Shown: positions 1-10,175 of the stretch, in pieces
Layout: each line of letters opens with the position of its first letter
Position numbering within the stretch: position 1 is the stretch's first letter
Source of the DNA: Candidatus Pacearchaeota archaeon
Lineage (GTDB): Archaea > Nanobdellota > Nanobdellia > Pacearchaeales > GW2011-AR1
Assembly (NCBI GenBank): GCA_016188825.1
Contig: JACPHA010000006.1
Coordinates: forward strand, 10,300 to 74,299
DNA length: 64,000 nucleotides
Direction: 5' to 3'
Position numbers and translations under genes: made by a program
The notes under the pieces: generated by a model
Told to the model about the DNA's origin: nothing
What the model saw: the letters and a program-made list of their open reading frames with translations, nothing else
Databases searched by the model: none

Positions 1-25
1 AACAAACCTATTTTATTCTACAATT

Positions 26-364
26 GTGGATAACGGCCAAAAGAAATTAGCACTAATTCCAAATGCTGATAGATTCCGGCTTTATAAAAATCAAATCACA
101 ATAAATGGAAGAGTTTATAACGAAATATTAGGAAAGGTTCAATCAATGGGAGATTCGCTAGCAAAAGAAACAATTGTCACCGGTGAACTTATTTTAACAA
201 ATCCTGTAACTGGAGAAAATAAAGAAGAGATAAAAATTCCTGAGTATACAGACACAGAGGAACAAATAAGAAAGCAAACAGAAGAGAAACTTAGGAAATT
301 AAAAAAACAAATTGAAGACAAAGATAAATTGGGGAAAGAACCCAAAGAGGAAAATAATCTTTGA
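26..364 (+). CDS. hypothetical Lys/Glu-rich protein, possibly 5'-partial
   Basis: 112-codon ORF starting at GTG. The same frame stays open back to the window edge, so the true start may lie upstream. No recognisable motif. Confidence 0.4.
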   Translation: MDNGQKKLALIPNADRFRLYKNQITINGRVYNEILGKVQSMGDSLAKETIVTGELILTNPVTGENKEEIKIPEYTDTEEQIRKQTEEKLRKLKKQIEDKDKLGKEPKEENNL

Positions 365-400
365 TATAGTCGAGGACAATGATAATTTTCCATTTTGTCA

Positions 401-518
401 TTGACTACATCAAGATTTATTTAGTTTTTAAATCTTGAATGTGTTCAAGAACTATGTTCTTGACATCAAGGGAAAGACGTGCAAATTTGGTAAAAAACTT
501 GCGTCTTTCACTATAGAT
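401..518 (+). repeat. interspersed palindromic element, long form, copy 1
   Basis: Roughly 85-90% identical over ~118 nt to 54283-54398. Hairpins CAAGATTTA/TAAATCTTG, TCAAGAAC/GTTCTTGA and GAAAGACG/CGTCTTTC. Core ends in TCTTGACAT. Confidence 0.85.
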
Positions 519-519
519 A

Positions 520-3500
520 TTAATTGTCAGCATTACAATTATCTAAGCTATCCCCCTCTTTAATTAAAATTCCGCTGACACTAGCACTATTTGCGTCCAA
601 TTCAGGATACAATCTAATATCATTTTTCTCAAAATAATTCAAGACCTCTTTAATTTTGTCTGAATTTTCTAAAGCATTTATCTTCGCTTCTGCTTCTTTA
701 GCTAATGTAAAACAAGAGCCTTGTGAAGTAACCAAAAATTGACCTATAGAAGTAATATCTTCCCCTGAAACAACATAAATATAATGTCTAGTGGCAATTG
801 ATCCTATAAAAATATCTGTCTTTCTTCTACTCTCGTCAACAATCCAATAAACATATTTTCCTTCATTAACTGGATCCTTGTCTATATCTAAAAAGTATTC
901 TCTTGGTTTTTCTTCAATAACTGGCTTTTCTAATTGCCTATAGACTCTAAGTTGTTCTGAATTGCTCGAAATAAGGGGGTCGTCTTTTGTTCTTACAACA
1001 AAATAAAATTCAGGATCTCTCCCAGTTCCAAACAGCCCGTCTCTAACATAAATTGAATCCCACTGAACCATTGCTATTTTATCTATTCCAATCAAAGAAC
1101 TGATATTTTTCTCTAAATCATCACTACTAATAAAATCCATCTCATATATTTCAAATACAACTTCTTCTCCTATGCAAGCATTGTTTCCTTTAACACTCAA
1201 ATAAACTATTCCCTCTGAAACAGAATTGATTTTTTCAATATTACTATTAACCCACTTCGGCTCTGACAAAACACATTTTTCTTCTCTAACTCCTACACTG
1301 CTCTGCCATCCCTCAATCCTTGCTCCATCAATCTCACTAACCCTTATTCCTAAAAGTCTTCTTCCTTCAGAATTAATTTCAATCAGACCATCGCTTGTAA
1401 TAACCTTTCCAATTTCAACATAATTTCCGCCGTTATTATAAAAAACTGTTTCACCTCGAACATAATATTCGGTTGCTCTAGTTGTTCCTCCCAGTCTAAG
1501 AATAAGATTAATTCTCTTGCTTGCATCATAACTTTCCCTCAAAACAAATGAAGTTGTTGTACTTTTAACTTTCTCGGCATTCTCCCTCTCCGCATCGCTC
1601 TTGAAAAATCGCAAAGCAATCTTTTCATTAACCTGTCCTTTAATCAATAACAATCTCGCCCTATGCTCCCCAAAAACAAATTTTTCAGAAATAAATTCAA
1701 TCCTCTCCAAAATTTTCTTTCCCTCTGTTTCAACATCTTGCTTTCTGCTCAAACTTGCTAAAGCATCTTCCAAACTCTTTAATTCGGCATCTGCATTGCT
1801 CCCAAGTAAAACTCCTCCTTCTTTTTCCAAATTCGCCAATCTTGTCTTTTCTAAATTTTCAATAGTTTCATTAATCGCTCCAACATTATTTGATGTTATA
1901 GCATTACTCACGCTTTTCTCATCGAGCCAACAGCTTATTTTTTCATTGCCGCAATAACCAACTTTAACAAATCTCGCAGGATCTGTCGCACTCCCTGGAT
2001 TCTGGCTTGCGCAGATTCTAACAACTCCACGATTATAAATTTCAGGAGATATAAGTTCTTCAGCACTGCTTTGCAAATTAGGATTCAACAATGCTCCAGC
2101 ACTCGATGTTCCTCCGATGCACTCGCTTTCAGAAGTTATCTGTCTCTTATCGATTTGCTCCTTGACATAAATATCCCTCAATTGATCAATCGCAAAACTC
2201 GTTGAAACTTGTTTAAACCCGCACTCTTCCTCCTCATTAATCCTCACACAAAGTTCCTTATATCCTTCAGGCGCTGTGAAATCTTTTGTTTCAGAAGCAT
2301 ATTGCCCCAAGGGTATAAATCCCGAAGCAACCTGAACTCTCTGCGCAATTGAATAATATGAGCTCTCCGGAGGATTTCTCAAATAAACGCTAAAGTGAAC
2401 TCCAGAATCTTTGCCTGAAAAAATATGATAAAATAATTTGTATTGCGCTGTCGCCGGAACAGTTGCAGTGCTGTATGTCTTCGAATCAAACCATGCATGA
2501 AATTGCGGCGGCGAATCTGGTTCTACTAGTGCTTTAAACTTGCTAGGCGCTTTCGCAGAAATAAATGTCTTGCAAAGTTCTCCAGAAACCTCCTCAACTG
2601 CAGAGCTAACGCTCAACGGATTTGCGCCGTATCTTCCTTCAGTCCTAACTTGAAATGCCTTCAAAGAATTAACAGCATAGCTCTGCGTAAAATAATTCAT
2701 TGAGTTCTGCGCATTCTGCCATGCCGAATTCACTGTTAGATATTCCCCTCCTCCTCTTGTTCCCTGCCCGTAAGCAATCTCGACTAATTTTGGAATCAAA
2801 ACATTTACAAAAGGAGCAACTTGGCTCCAGAAAAACTCACATGTATAAACAGAATAAATCTGATCGCAAATCCCAACCATTCTTCCTGTATTTACATTCT
2901 CCTGCAAGCAATCTCTATAATTCCTCAATATAGATGCCCATCCATCAATTCCAGCTTGAACGCCGCTCAAGCAGACCGGCACAGCAATACCTTCTCTTAC
3001 ATTTGGCAAACATAACAATGTGCTTCCGACAATTCCCGACTGTTGAACATTTGCAACTGGAAACTTTCCGCCAAAATCGCAGCGCGACGACGGGCATATA
3101 ACAGGATCGCAAACATTAAACAATACATAGCAATCTCTTGGTGACATGAAATCCTGACATTGTGTTTCCGGAATACCCGCAGCAGGTTTTCCAATCTTAA
3201 ATCTCTCTCCGCCAATCATCACATAATTCTGTCCTCGTGAATATTGTCTCGCCGCCTCTTCAACTGCATTAACTGCTCTGCTAACTAAACTCCTCGCCTC
3301 GCTCTCGCTTAATCCGGGGAAAAATTCTAGTGGCTGTCCTGTATTCAAATTAATTATCTGGCACAAATCGTCTCCGTATCCAGACTGAAATTCAATTCTC
3401 TTATTCTCTCCAACATTGCACAATCTAAAACTGACAACCCTTCCGCTTGCATCAAACGCTCCAATGCCCCCAAAAGCAGGCAGTGTTTGTGTCGTCGCTG

Positions 3501-6500
3501 CATACCATCCATTCCTGACATCAAAAGGCACAACAGCAGGCATGCCTTTGTAAGGCTCGGTCTCATAATATCTAACTTCTCTGTCTTGCGAAGAAATTTC
3601 ATTATGATAACTCACTCTGTCAGTTGATTTTATATTCCCAATCCCATATCTGCTCGCAAACTCAGGAGTATTATCTAACTTGGTGTATCTTCCATCAGCT
3701 TCCTTCTTCCAAACCTCCTTGACATTATAAATTCCTGTTCTTGAATCAACCTCTTCCAAACCCAACAAATAAGCAGCGCTTTCAAATTTACTCCCTGTAT
3801 CAGAACTGCTTGCTGGCACTATCACACTTGAAACGTGTGTAACTCCAGTGCCAAAATTAGCTTGTGATTTCAAATTTCCAGATCTGACAACCTGCGCAAC
3901 CCTTGTGCTCTGCGCATTTATGCTTGCAAAAATCGGCGACGGCAATCCTTGTTTTGTCGCTTCCTGTTCTTGCGCAATAAGTTTATTTAATGCAACATTT
4001 TCATCGATTTTCTTAACCAAGTCAGTTGACTTATCATTAAGATTTTTCCCTTGCTCTGAACTCAATCCGGATTTCTGTAATTCACAATATAACATAGTTG
4101 TCCTGATAGAATTCATGCTCGCTGCTCCACTATTAACATTGTCTTCAGATAACAATTCACTGGCTTTCTTTTCATTTATAACACAATCTCCATACTGCCT
4201 TCTCGCCTCTGCAGCCAGCTCAATTTCAGCAGCATCAGTATTAATGCTCTTCCCAAAAATTCCATTGCTTATGGTGTGTTTTTCCTGAATTGGCTTTATC
4301 TTCTCATTAATTTTGTTTATCGCTGTCTCTGTTTTTGAAACATCAGATTCAATCTCGCTCGCTTTGTCCAAATAGCAAGCATTCAAATTAACATAATCTC
4401 CTTTCGCAACCATGTCGGCGCAAATATTTTTCCATCCGCTCTTTCCATTCATAACTTCCTGCCTTGCTATTGACTTGCCACTCAAACCAGAAAGAAAGCT
4501 CTTAAATGTCAAAGCGGCCGCTGTCCCAAAACACGCCTCTTTCAAATGCGTTACTGTTTCTCCCAAATTCTTAGAAATTTTCTCCCAATCCTTTATCGTA
4601 CCATTCAACTTTTCTATTTTCTCCAACGCCTTGTCCGGAGTTAATTTAATTCTCCTTTTCTCAATTCCAACTCCGACAGTCAAATTAGTAACTGTCTGCG
4701 TCCCCTCTGCTCCAGGAATCAATCTTATCTTCGCAAACTTCTCAACATTTGTCTTATGCAATTTAACTGTCAAGCCGCAAATCTCTTTTGCCTGCTCGTC
4801 TATTCGCAACTCAACGCTTGATTTTCTCATCGTAAAACCTCCAGTCTCATTTGCGCAATAATATCCCAATCTTGCTCTTTCCACATCTAAATCACCCAAC
4901 TCAAACTTTGCCCTTGTCCCTCCCCTTATAACTTCAGTCGCATTCCTCTCTCCTAATTTGATTTTCTCGACCCTATCTTCAATAAATATCTCAGCGCTCT
5001 GCTCTTTCAAAGGCTTACTCAAACTAACAAGCCTTATCGCCCTTGTCCTGTCATCAAACTCAACAACTGTTCCGGCAAAACTCGAATCAATCTCAGACAA
5101 AGCATTCAACTCATCTAAATAACCGTTTGTATTTCCCTCTGGATATTTCTCTGTCAATTTGTTAATCAATCTCGCTTGCTCATTCTCCATTCCAAACTCT
5201 CTCGCTAATTCCTTGGCTTTCTCCAAAGCAATCTCCCCATAATATCTGCCTTCTCCCAAACCGCCTTCTTTTGTATCAGGGTAATCATCAGCAACTTGCT
5301 CATAACTCTCAATCGCTTTTCTGTAATATTCTCTTGTCTTAGCAGAAACATTCTTTGCGGCAAAACTGCTTATTCTAAAATCAGGATAGTTTTTCTTATT
5401 TTCCCCATATTCTTTCAAAGAGCTCCACAACAAAACAAACCATTTTTTATTTTCTTCACTGTCTTTGCCAACGACAGATTGATCAACATCTCCATCACTC
5501 GAAACAATTATCTTCCCTTCTTTCAATAATTGCCCATTTGTATTCAAAACATAAGTTCCTCTTTTACCCGAGTCTTTCAACTCGCTTAAATCAATTCTAT
5601 AATCTCCATTGCTTTCTTTTGTTGGCTCTTTTAAAACACCTTCAGCATAAAATATTCCAAACTTTCCCCCTTTTCTATTCAATCCTAAAACAAATTCTTT
5701 TCCTTGACAGCTTCCAATGACTTCCCCGCTCTGCCCATCGTCTTCAATATTAATGCTTCTTATTGTGCATCTATCATCCATAAACCTAGCGCCCTGATAA
5801 ACATCAAAAATATCTGTTCCATCGTCGCTTGAAACTTCTATCTTTGCCTTTTTTTCAGCAGAAATAAATCCGTCATAAGCTATTTCCAAACTCGCTCTGC
5901 AATACATTCCAGGCAATATTATCTTCCTTGATGTTTGTCCGCGATCAACTCTAACCGTGCTAACCTTTTTATCGCCATAATAAACAGACACAAATGCTAT
6001 GTTGCTGTCCGCCTCTTCTAATCTAACAAAATATCTTCCCCTCCAAAAACTATTTTTTACTTTTTCTCTCTGCCATTCCTCTTCTGTCATCGGCGTTAAA
6101 ATAAACTCTGCCCTGCCAACCCCCAGAGAATTTCCTGCATTATACTCTATCTGCGCGCTCAGAGTCACATTTATATTTTCAGGCAGCTTGCTTTCATCTG
6201 GCTGTCTTTTCAAAATCAAAACAACATAACCAATATTATTAACAAGCGGGCTTCCTAAAAGTTTGTCATGTGTCCTCAAGGCTGCTTTCGCAGGATGAAA
6301 GCCATAGTCAACAATTCCCTCTGGTTTTTCTCCAATGAATCTCATATTTCTTATGCTCTTTATATCAACTAATGGATTTATCTTGTAAGCATCGATCTGG
6401 CAAAACACCGGAACATTTTGCTCTGCTAACAAATCACTTCTAACAATCACCGGCTGGCAACCTGCAGGAGCAATGCTCAACAGCAAATCCTGTCTTGCTT

Positions 6501-6723
6501 CGCATGTTTCTCTGTCTCCTAAAATGGGCCAATAATTTTTAATATCCCCGCCGCTATAATAAGTCTCAAAACTAGGTCTGTTTTGGTATGTTGCAGAAAA
6601 ACCTCCTTGAGAGCTTCCACTAAAACTTCTGTAAACAGCAGCATTCGCAAAACCAGCCTCAAATATTGTTCCAGCAAGAACTGCTAAAACAAAAAAAGAA
6701 ACTATTTTTTTCTCAAATATCAT
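520..6723 (-). CDS. giant secreted/surface protein (2067 aa), function unknown
   Basis: Uninterrupted 2067-codon ORF. N-terminal signal-like segment KKIVSFFVLAVLAGTIFEAGFANA. Cys-rich central block. ATGA start/stop overlap with the upstream gene. No catalytic motif recognised. Confidence 0.85.
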   Translation of the reverse strand: MIFEKKIVSFFVLAVLAGTIFEAGFANAAVYRSFSGSSQGGFSATYQNRPSFETYYSGGDIKNYWPILGDRETCEARQDLLLSIAPAGCQPVIVRSDLLAEQNVPVFCQIDAYKINPLVDIKSIRNMRFIGEKPEGIVDYGFHPAKAALRTHDKLLGSPLVNNIGYVVLILKRQPDESKLPENINVTLSAQIEYNAGNSLGVGRAEFILTPMTEEEWQREKVKNSFWRGRYFVRLEEADSNIAFVSVYYGDKKVSTVRVDRGQTSRKIILPGMYCRASLEIAYDGFISAEKKAKIEVSSDDGTDIFDVYQGARFMDDRCTIRSINIEDDGQSGEVIGSCQGKEFVLGLNRKGGKFGIFYAEGVLKEPTKESNGDYRIDLSELKDSGKRGTYVLNTNGQLLKEGKIIVSSDGDVDQSVVGKDSEENKKWFVLLWSSLKEYGENKKNYPDFRISSFAAKNVSAKTREYYRKAIESYEQVADDYPDTKEGGLGEGRYYGEIALEKAKELAREFGMENEQARLINKLTEKYPEGNTNGYLDELNALSEIDSSFAGTVVEFDDRTRAIRLVSLSKPLKEQSAEIFIEDRVEKIKLGERNATEVIRGGTRAKFELGDLDVERARLGYYCANETGGFTMRKSSVELRIDEQAKEICGLTVKLHKTNVEKFAKIRLIPGAEGTQTVTNLTVGVGIEKRRIKLTPDKALEKIEKLNGTIKDWEKISKNLGETVTHLKEACFGTAAALTFKSFLSGLSGKSIARQEVMNGKSGWKNICADMVAKGDYVNLNACYLDKASEIESDVSKTETAINKINEKIKPIQEKHTISNGIFGKSINTDAAEIELAAEARRQYGDCVINEKKASELLSEDNVNSGAASMNSIRTTMLYCELQKSGLSSEQGKNLNDKSTDLVKKIDENVALNKLIAQEQEATKQGLPSPIFASINAQSTRVAQVVRSGNLKSQANFGTGVTHVSSVIVPASSSDTGSKFESAAYLLGLEEVDSRTGIYNVKEVWKKEADGRYTKLDNTPEFASRYGIGNIKSTDRVSYHNEISSQDREVRYYETEPYKGMPAVVPFDVRNGWYAATTQTLPAFGGIGAFDASGRVVSFRLCNVGENKRIEFQSGYGDDLCQIINLNTGQPLEFFPGLSESEARSLVSRAVNAVEEAARQYSRGQNYVMIGGERFKIGKPAAGIPETQCQDFMSPRDCYVLFNVCDPVICPSSRCDFGGKFPVANVQQSGIVGSTLLCLPNVREGIAVPVCLSGVQAGIDGWASILRNYRDCLQENVNTGRMVGICDQIYSVYTCEFFWSQVAPFVNVLIPKLVEIAYGQGTRGGGEYLTVNSAWQNAQNSMNYFTQSYAVNSLKAFQVRTEGRYGANPLSVSSAVEEVSGELCKTFISAKAPSKFKALVEPDSPPQFHAWFDSKTYSTATVPATAQYKLFYHIFSGKDSGVHFSVYLRNPPESSYYSIAQRVQVASGFIPLGQYASETKDFTAPEGYKELCVRINEEEECGFKQVSTSFAIDQLRDIYVKEQIDKRQITSESECIGGTSSAGALLNPNLQSSAEELISPEIYNRGVVRICASQNPGSATDPARFVKVGYCGNEKISCWLDEKSVSNAITSNNVGAINETIENLEKTRLANLEKEGGVLLGSNADAELKSLEDALASLSRKQDVETEGKKILERIEFISEKFVFGEHRARLLLIKGQVNEKIALRFFKSDAERENAEKVKSTTTSFVLRESYDASKRINLILRLGGTTRATEYYVRGETVFYNNGGNYVEIGKVITSDGLIEINSEGRRLLGIRVSEIDGARIEGWQSSVGVREEKCVLSEPKWVNSNIEKINSVSEGIVYLSVKGNNACIGEEVVFEIYEMDFISSDDLEKNISSLIGIDKIAMVQWDSIYVRDGLFGTGRDPEFYFVVRTKDDPLISSNSEQLRVYRQLEKPVIEEKPREYFLDIDKDPVNEGKYVYWIVDESRRKTDIFIGSIATRHYIYVVSGEDITSIGQFLVTSQGSCFTLAKEAEAKINALENSDKIKEVLNYFEKNDIRLYPELDANSASVSGILIKEGDSLDNCNADN

Positions 6724-8612
6724 GTTCCCTCCGAAAACTCCAAATTTACTTTGCTCTCTTCAAACAGCTCAAAATTCCTCTGCAATTCCTCAATTGACCT
6801 CGGCGCAGGCAAAGCCCCAACTTCAATTATCATCTTTCCTTTCTCCAGCTGATTGTCCAAAATATAGCTCTGTAATTGTCCTCCGCCAATTAGCTCCCCG
6901 TCTATCTTTGTCTCTGGCACATTAATATCAAAGCACTTTTCTTTAGTTCCTCCAAACAACCCTAACAATCCGGATTTTGGAACATCAACACACTCTGTCT
7001 TTGTGCTTGCAGGAATCACAACACTTGAATTACCGTAAACATAAACCTTAACCTCATAACTTCCCTCGCTCAATTTTATTTTATCTTGCTCCGGCAGTGC
7101 TATTGCGTTTGTCTTGCCATCATCCCGCACAAAAGTCGCAATGGCTGTTCCTTTCAATCGCTGCCCGCCAACCTTTAATTCAACATCCACTTCTCTTTCT
7201 CTTTCCATTATAATCTCTTTAAACCTCTCTGAATTGCTCGAGAACAACTCTCTCTTTTCTGCGTACCCTTCTGCTCTTGCATGCAAATAACCATTAACAC
7301 AGGCCGGCGCAACTCCAAGAAATCTTCCGTCTACACTCTCTCCAAGCCTGCATCTCTGATCAAAACACTCATAACTAATGTTCGCATCAACTTCATTCAA
7401 ATTAACATCATAAAGATTAACCTCTATTTCCTGTGTCTTAAACTCGCATAAATCAAATTCTTCTTGCGCAATTTCTTCTGATATTACTCTGTTTGCAATG
7501 CTTTCTCTCGGCACATTATTATCTATCACAACAACAATCGGAAACTGGAAAATTTCTTCATTGTCATAAATCTGTATTAAAACTGGAAAACTGACATCAT
7601 AAACAAAATGATAAGGAATATAGCAGAATCCCATTACTCCTGCTCCCTGCTGATTTCCTATAGGCTCTGAAATCATTATTTCGTCGTCAACACCCTCTCC
7701 TTCTATCTCAATCTTAGCAGGCCAATTTTTTAAATACATAAAATTCACTGCCTCATCTGTTGATTTATCTAAAATAAAATAATTGCTGTTGTTTCCTCTC
7801 GCCCTATAATAATCTCCTCCTAATTTTATAGCCAAAATATTTTCTTCCAATCCTTCTCTCAAGCCGCTGATTACCTCTTGTGTTGCCCAAATCTTCGGCC
7901 CGCACTGTATCTCAACACCATCGACCGGCGCATACAAATACAAAACATCGGTAGCATACTGCTCCAAAAATGCCTCTTTCTTTTCCTTTTCATAAATTTC
8001 TAAAGCAATAGAATAAAACTTTCCCAGCTTGCTATCAACCGCAACGTTATGAGCAACTTTTCTTCCGCTCTTCCCCGCTTTCCTAACTGACATCTCGCTA
8101 TTTACTTCAACATTAACTCTATTGTTTTCAATATCAACTCTTGCCCTTGGCTCGCTCAAACTAATTTCAAACCCTTGAGCATAAAAATTTTCAAAATCAC
8201 AAACAACAAGGCCTTCCTCAACATAATCCTCAATCTCTTTTTCAATCTCCTCTTTGTTTGGAACTTGCTCTTTAATCAAACTATTTCCTGCAGCATAATA
8301 CCAATAAGGAACAGGAAACCCTAAAAAGTTCAAATGCGAGGAAAATGGAGCATAGTCGCTCCCTGGCACATAAGCAGGAACATCAACATATCCTCCCTGT
8401 GTTTCAGCCAGTTGTATCGCTCCTCTTGTCTCTTCTTCTATGCAACCCTGATAATACTCAAAAACCTTAACCAACTCCTGCGGTATCCCTCCTGCTCCAA
8501 GAACTTGCCCGCGCACAACAAAATAAGCAATAATTCCACCAACTATAATGACCGCAATTATAACAAAGATAGTAACTTGTCCTTTTTTATCAAACTTTTT
8601 TTCTTCAAGCAT
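6720..8612 (-). CDS. large protein (630 aa) with prepilin-type (class III) signal
   Basis: N-terminus MLEEKKFDKKGQVTIFVIIAVIIVGGIIAYFVV matches the K-K-G/A then Q plus hydrophobic helix pattern of the pilin-like genes at 53-59 kb. Translationally coupled to the giant gene. Confidence 0.75.
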   Translation of the reverse strand: MLEEKKFDKKGQVTIFVIIAVIIVGGIIAYFVVRGQVLGAGGIPQELVKVFEYYQGCIEEETRGAIQLAETQGGYVDVPAYVPGSDYAPFSSHLNFLGFPVPYWYYAAGNSLIKEQVPNKEEIEKEIEDYVEEGLVVCDFENFYAQGFEISLSEPRARVDIENNRVNVEVNSEMSVRKAGKSGRKVAHNVAVDSKLGKFYSIALEIYEKEKKEAFLEQYATDVLYLYAPVDGVEIQCGPKIWATQEVISGLREGLEENILAIKLGGDYYRARGNNSNYFILDKSTDEAVNFMYLKNWPAKIEIEGEGVDDEIMISEPIGNQQGAGVMGFCYIPYHFVYDVSFPVLIQIYDNEEIFQFPIVVVIDNNVPRESIANRVISEEIAQEEFDLCEFKTQEIEVNLYDVNLNEVDANISYECFDQRCRLGESVDGRFLGVAPACVNGYLHARAEGYAEKRELFSSNSERFKEIIMEREREVDVELKVGGQRLKGTAIATFVRDDGKTNAIALPEQDKIKLSEGSYEVKVYVYGNSSVVIPASTKTECVDVPKSGLLGLFGGTKEKCFDINVPETKIDGELIGGGQLQSYILDNQLEKGKMIIEVGALPAPRSIEELQRNFELFEESKVNLEFSEGT

Positions 8613-8754
8613 TTTTCCCTCCTTTTTCTTTTCCTCTCTCGCCGACTTTTTTCCTTATTAGCTCGATAATTTCACTATTAATATCTTTCTTAATGCTCTC
8701 TTTAAACTTCTCCCACATTTTCTCATCTTCTATCAAAAGCAGATATTTCTTCAT
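8605..8754 (-). CDS. small hypothetical protein (49 aa), first gene of the giant-protein operon
   Basis: ORF below the track cutoff, read by eye: MKKYLLLIEDEKMWEKFKESIKKDINSEIIELIRKKVGERGKEKGGKNA. Its stop overlaps the ATG of the 630-aa gene (ATGCTTGA). Confidence 0.4.
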   Translation of the reverse strand: MKKYLLLIEDEKMWEKFKESIKKDINSEIIELIRKKVGERGKEKGGKNA

Positions 8755-8891
8755 TCTTCCTCTTTTTACCCGATTTATAACTATTTATGATATATAAACT
8801 TTGCTTATTAACTAACTTATTTACTTACTTAGTAAGTAAAATTAACAGATAAAGTTTAAATAACGGTAAAATAAAAGATGGGCTGAACGGA

Positions 8892-9095
8892 ATGAGAAGC
8901 CAATTCGAAAGTTTTGCATATGCAAATTCATTTATGAATCTAAGGAGAGTTATTCATAACTTTGTTAATCCACATCAAGAACTTAAAGGAAAAACACCAG
9001 CAGAAAAAGCAGAGATAAAACTTGATTTAGGGAGAAACAAACTCTTTGAATTAATTAGATATTTGTCAAATAATAAACATCATTCGCTAAGATGA
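8892..9095 (+). pseudogene. C-terminal remnant of a DDE (rve/IS6-like) transposase
   Basis: The 67-aa ORF contains IHNFVNPHQELKGKTPAEKAEI, the conserved YNxxRPHxxLxGxTPxE-type tail of DDE transposases. No catalytic core lies upstream. Confidence 0.55.
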
Positions 9096-9118
9096 CAGTA
9101 TTATTTATTGAAAAGAAA

Positions 9119-9189
9119 TGGCCTCAGGCAGAATCGAACTGCCGCTCCATCCACGTCAAGGACGTGTTCTACCACTAGACTATAAGGCC
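9119..9189 (-). tRNA. tRNA-Val (anticodon GAC)
   Basis: Reverse complement GGCCTTATAGTCTAGTGGTAGAACACGTCCTTGACGTGGATGGAGCGGCAGTTCGATTCTGCCTGAGGCCA folds as a cloverleaf. 7-bp acceptor stem, anticodon stem CGTCC/GGATG with loop TTGACGT, T arm GGCAG-TTCGATT-CTGCC. One D-stem mismatch. CCA not encoded. Confidence 0.85.
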
Positions 9190-9235
9190 TAATTTTTAAG
9201 GCAATCTATCAAGCTATAAAAATCTTCTTGATTTT

Positions 9236-10150
9236 TTAGCTGGCGATCCGAATTCTTAATAGAAGACGTTTTTTATCATTAAATGCTGTTCTTCCATGTA
9301 AAATCTCATGATTATTTGTTATAAGAATTTCTCCTTTGTTTAAGCCGAAAATTAATTTTTCAGGATGTTTTTCCACATATCTATTGAAATAATTAATTGC
9401 CCATATAATCTCTGGTTTTCTCATTTTTGGACAACATTCAAATCCGTTTGATAATGTATCAAAACGAAAACGAACAAGAGGTTTTTTTGCTATAATCGGA
9501 GCAAATATTACTTCGGGGACATTTTCGCTTCTCTGTTTTGTGTATGCTGTTGGAACACGAAATGGAAATAAATTAGAACTAAGAATCTTAACACATTTTC
9601 TGCCTTCACTTTTTTTTCTTAAAGTATAAATAGCTCTTTTCCCATCTAAAATTGTAGTTAAACCTCCCTTTCTTGCCCGTCTAACGGCAAACAACATTAC
9701 ATATTTTTCAGGATTTTTTCTGTATTGTGAATCTGTGTGTAAGCCAGCCAGTGCAGAATTTTCAGAAATAGTTGGAGCATATTCAACCTTTCTTGGAGTA
9801 ATATTCCAAATAATTTTCTCGTCGTGTACGTCTGTTGGTGTTGGTCTGCCAATACATAGTGCAAATGAAAGAGCTAAAAAATCTCGAATATAAGAAGAAT
9901 ATTGTAGAAATGGAAATCTTCTAATAACAACAAAACGATTGTTTGTTTCTAATTTTCTTCGAACCTCTTTTGTAAACTTAAACAATTCAGGCCATTTTAC
10001 TATAATGTTTTTTCTCAAAGCATTATACAATAAAGGATTATTTATTCTAATATTTGGATATTTTTTGTAAAGTATCAAAAATAATTTCAAAACTTTATCT
10101 GGCAATATTAAGTTTGAAGCGTCTATAAAAATATCTTTTTGTATTTTCAT
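9236..10150 (-). CDS. TauD/TfdA-like Fe(II)/2-oxoglutarate dioxygenase
   Basis: His-x-Asp in LAGLHTDSQY, and distal His/Arg in NHEILHGRTAF near the C-terminus. Size (304 aa) is typical for the family. Confidence 0.55.
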   Translation of the reverse strand: MKIQKDIFIDASNLILPDKVLKLFLILYKKYPNIRINNPLLYNALRKNIIVKWPELFKFTKEVRRKLETNNRFVVIRRFPFLQYSSYIRDFLALSFALCIGRPTPTDVHDEKIIWNITPRKVEYAPTISENSALAGLHTDSQYRKNPEKYVMLFAVRRARKGGLTTILDGKRAIYTLRKKSEGRKCVKILSSNLFPFRVPTAYTKQRSENVPEVIFAPIIAKKPLVRFRFDTLSNGFECCPKMRKPEIIWAINYFNRYVEKHPEKLIFGLNKGEILITNNHEILHGRTAFNDKKRLLLRIRIAS

Positions 10151-10175
10151 AATTGAATATTTTATTTGTTAGATT

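Noticed and set aside
410-466. TTGACAT in the repeat elements as a bacterial -35 promoter box
   Set aside because: The gene content is archaeal, where promoters use BRE/TATA. The word is part of the hairpin arm, and two copies sit between convergent genes.
1226-6229. Many 60-150-aa plus-strand ORFs inside the giant gene (e.g. 1226-1423, 3848-4288, 4412-4861)
   Set aside because: All are embedded antisense or out of frame in a 2067-codon ORF, are Leu/Ser/Phe-rich as expected for shadows of an AT-rich gene, and have no motifs.
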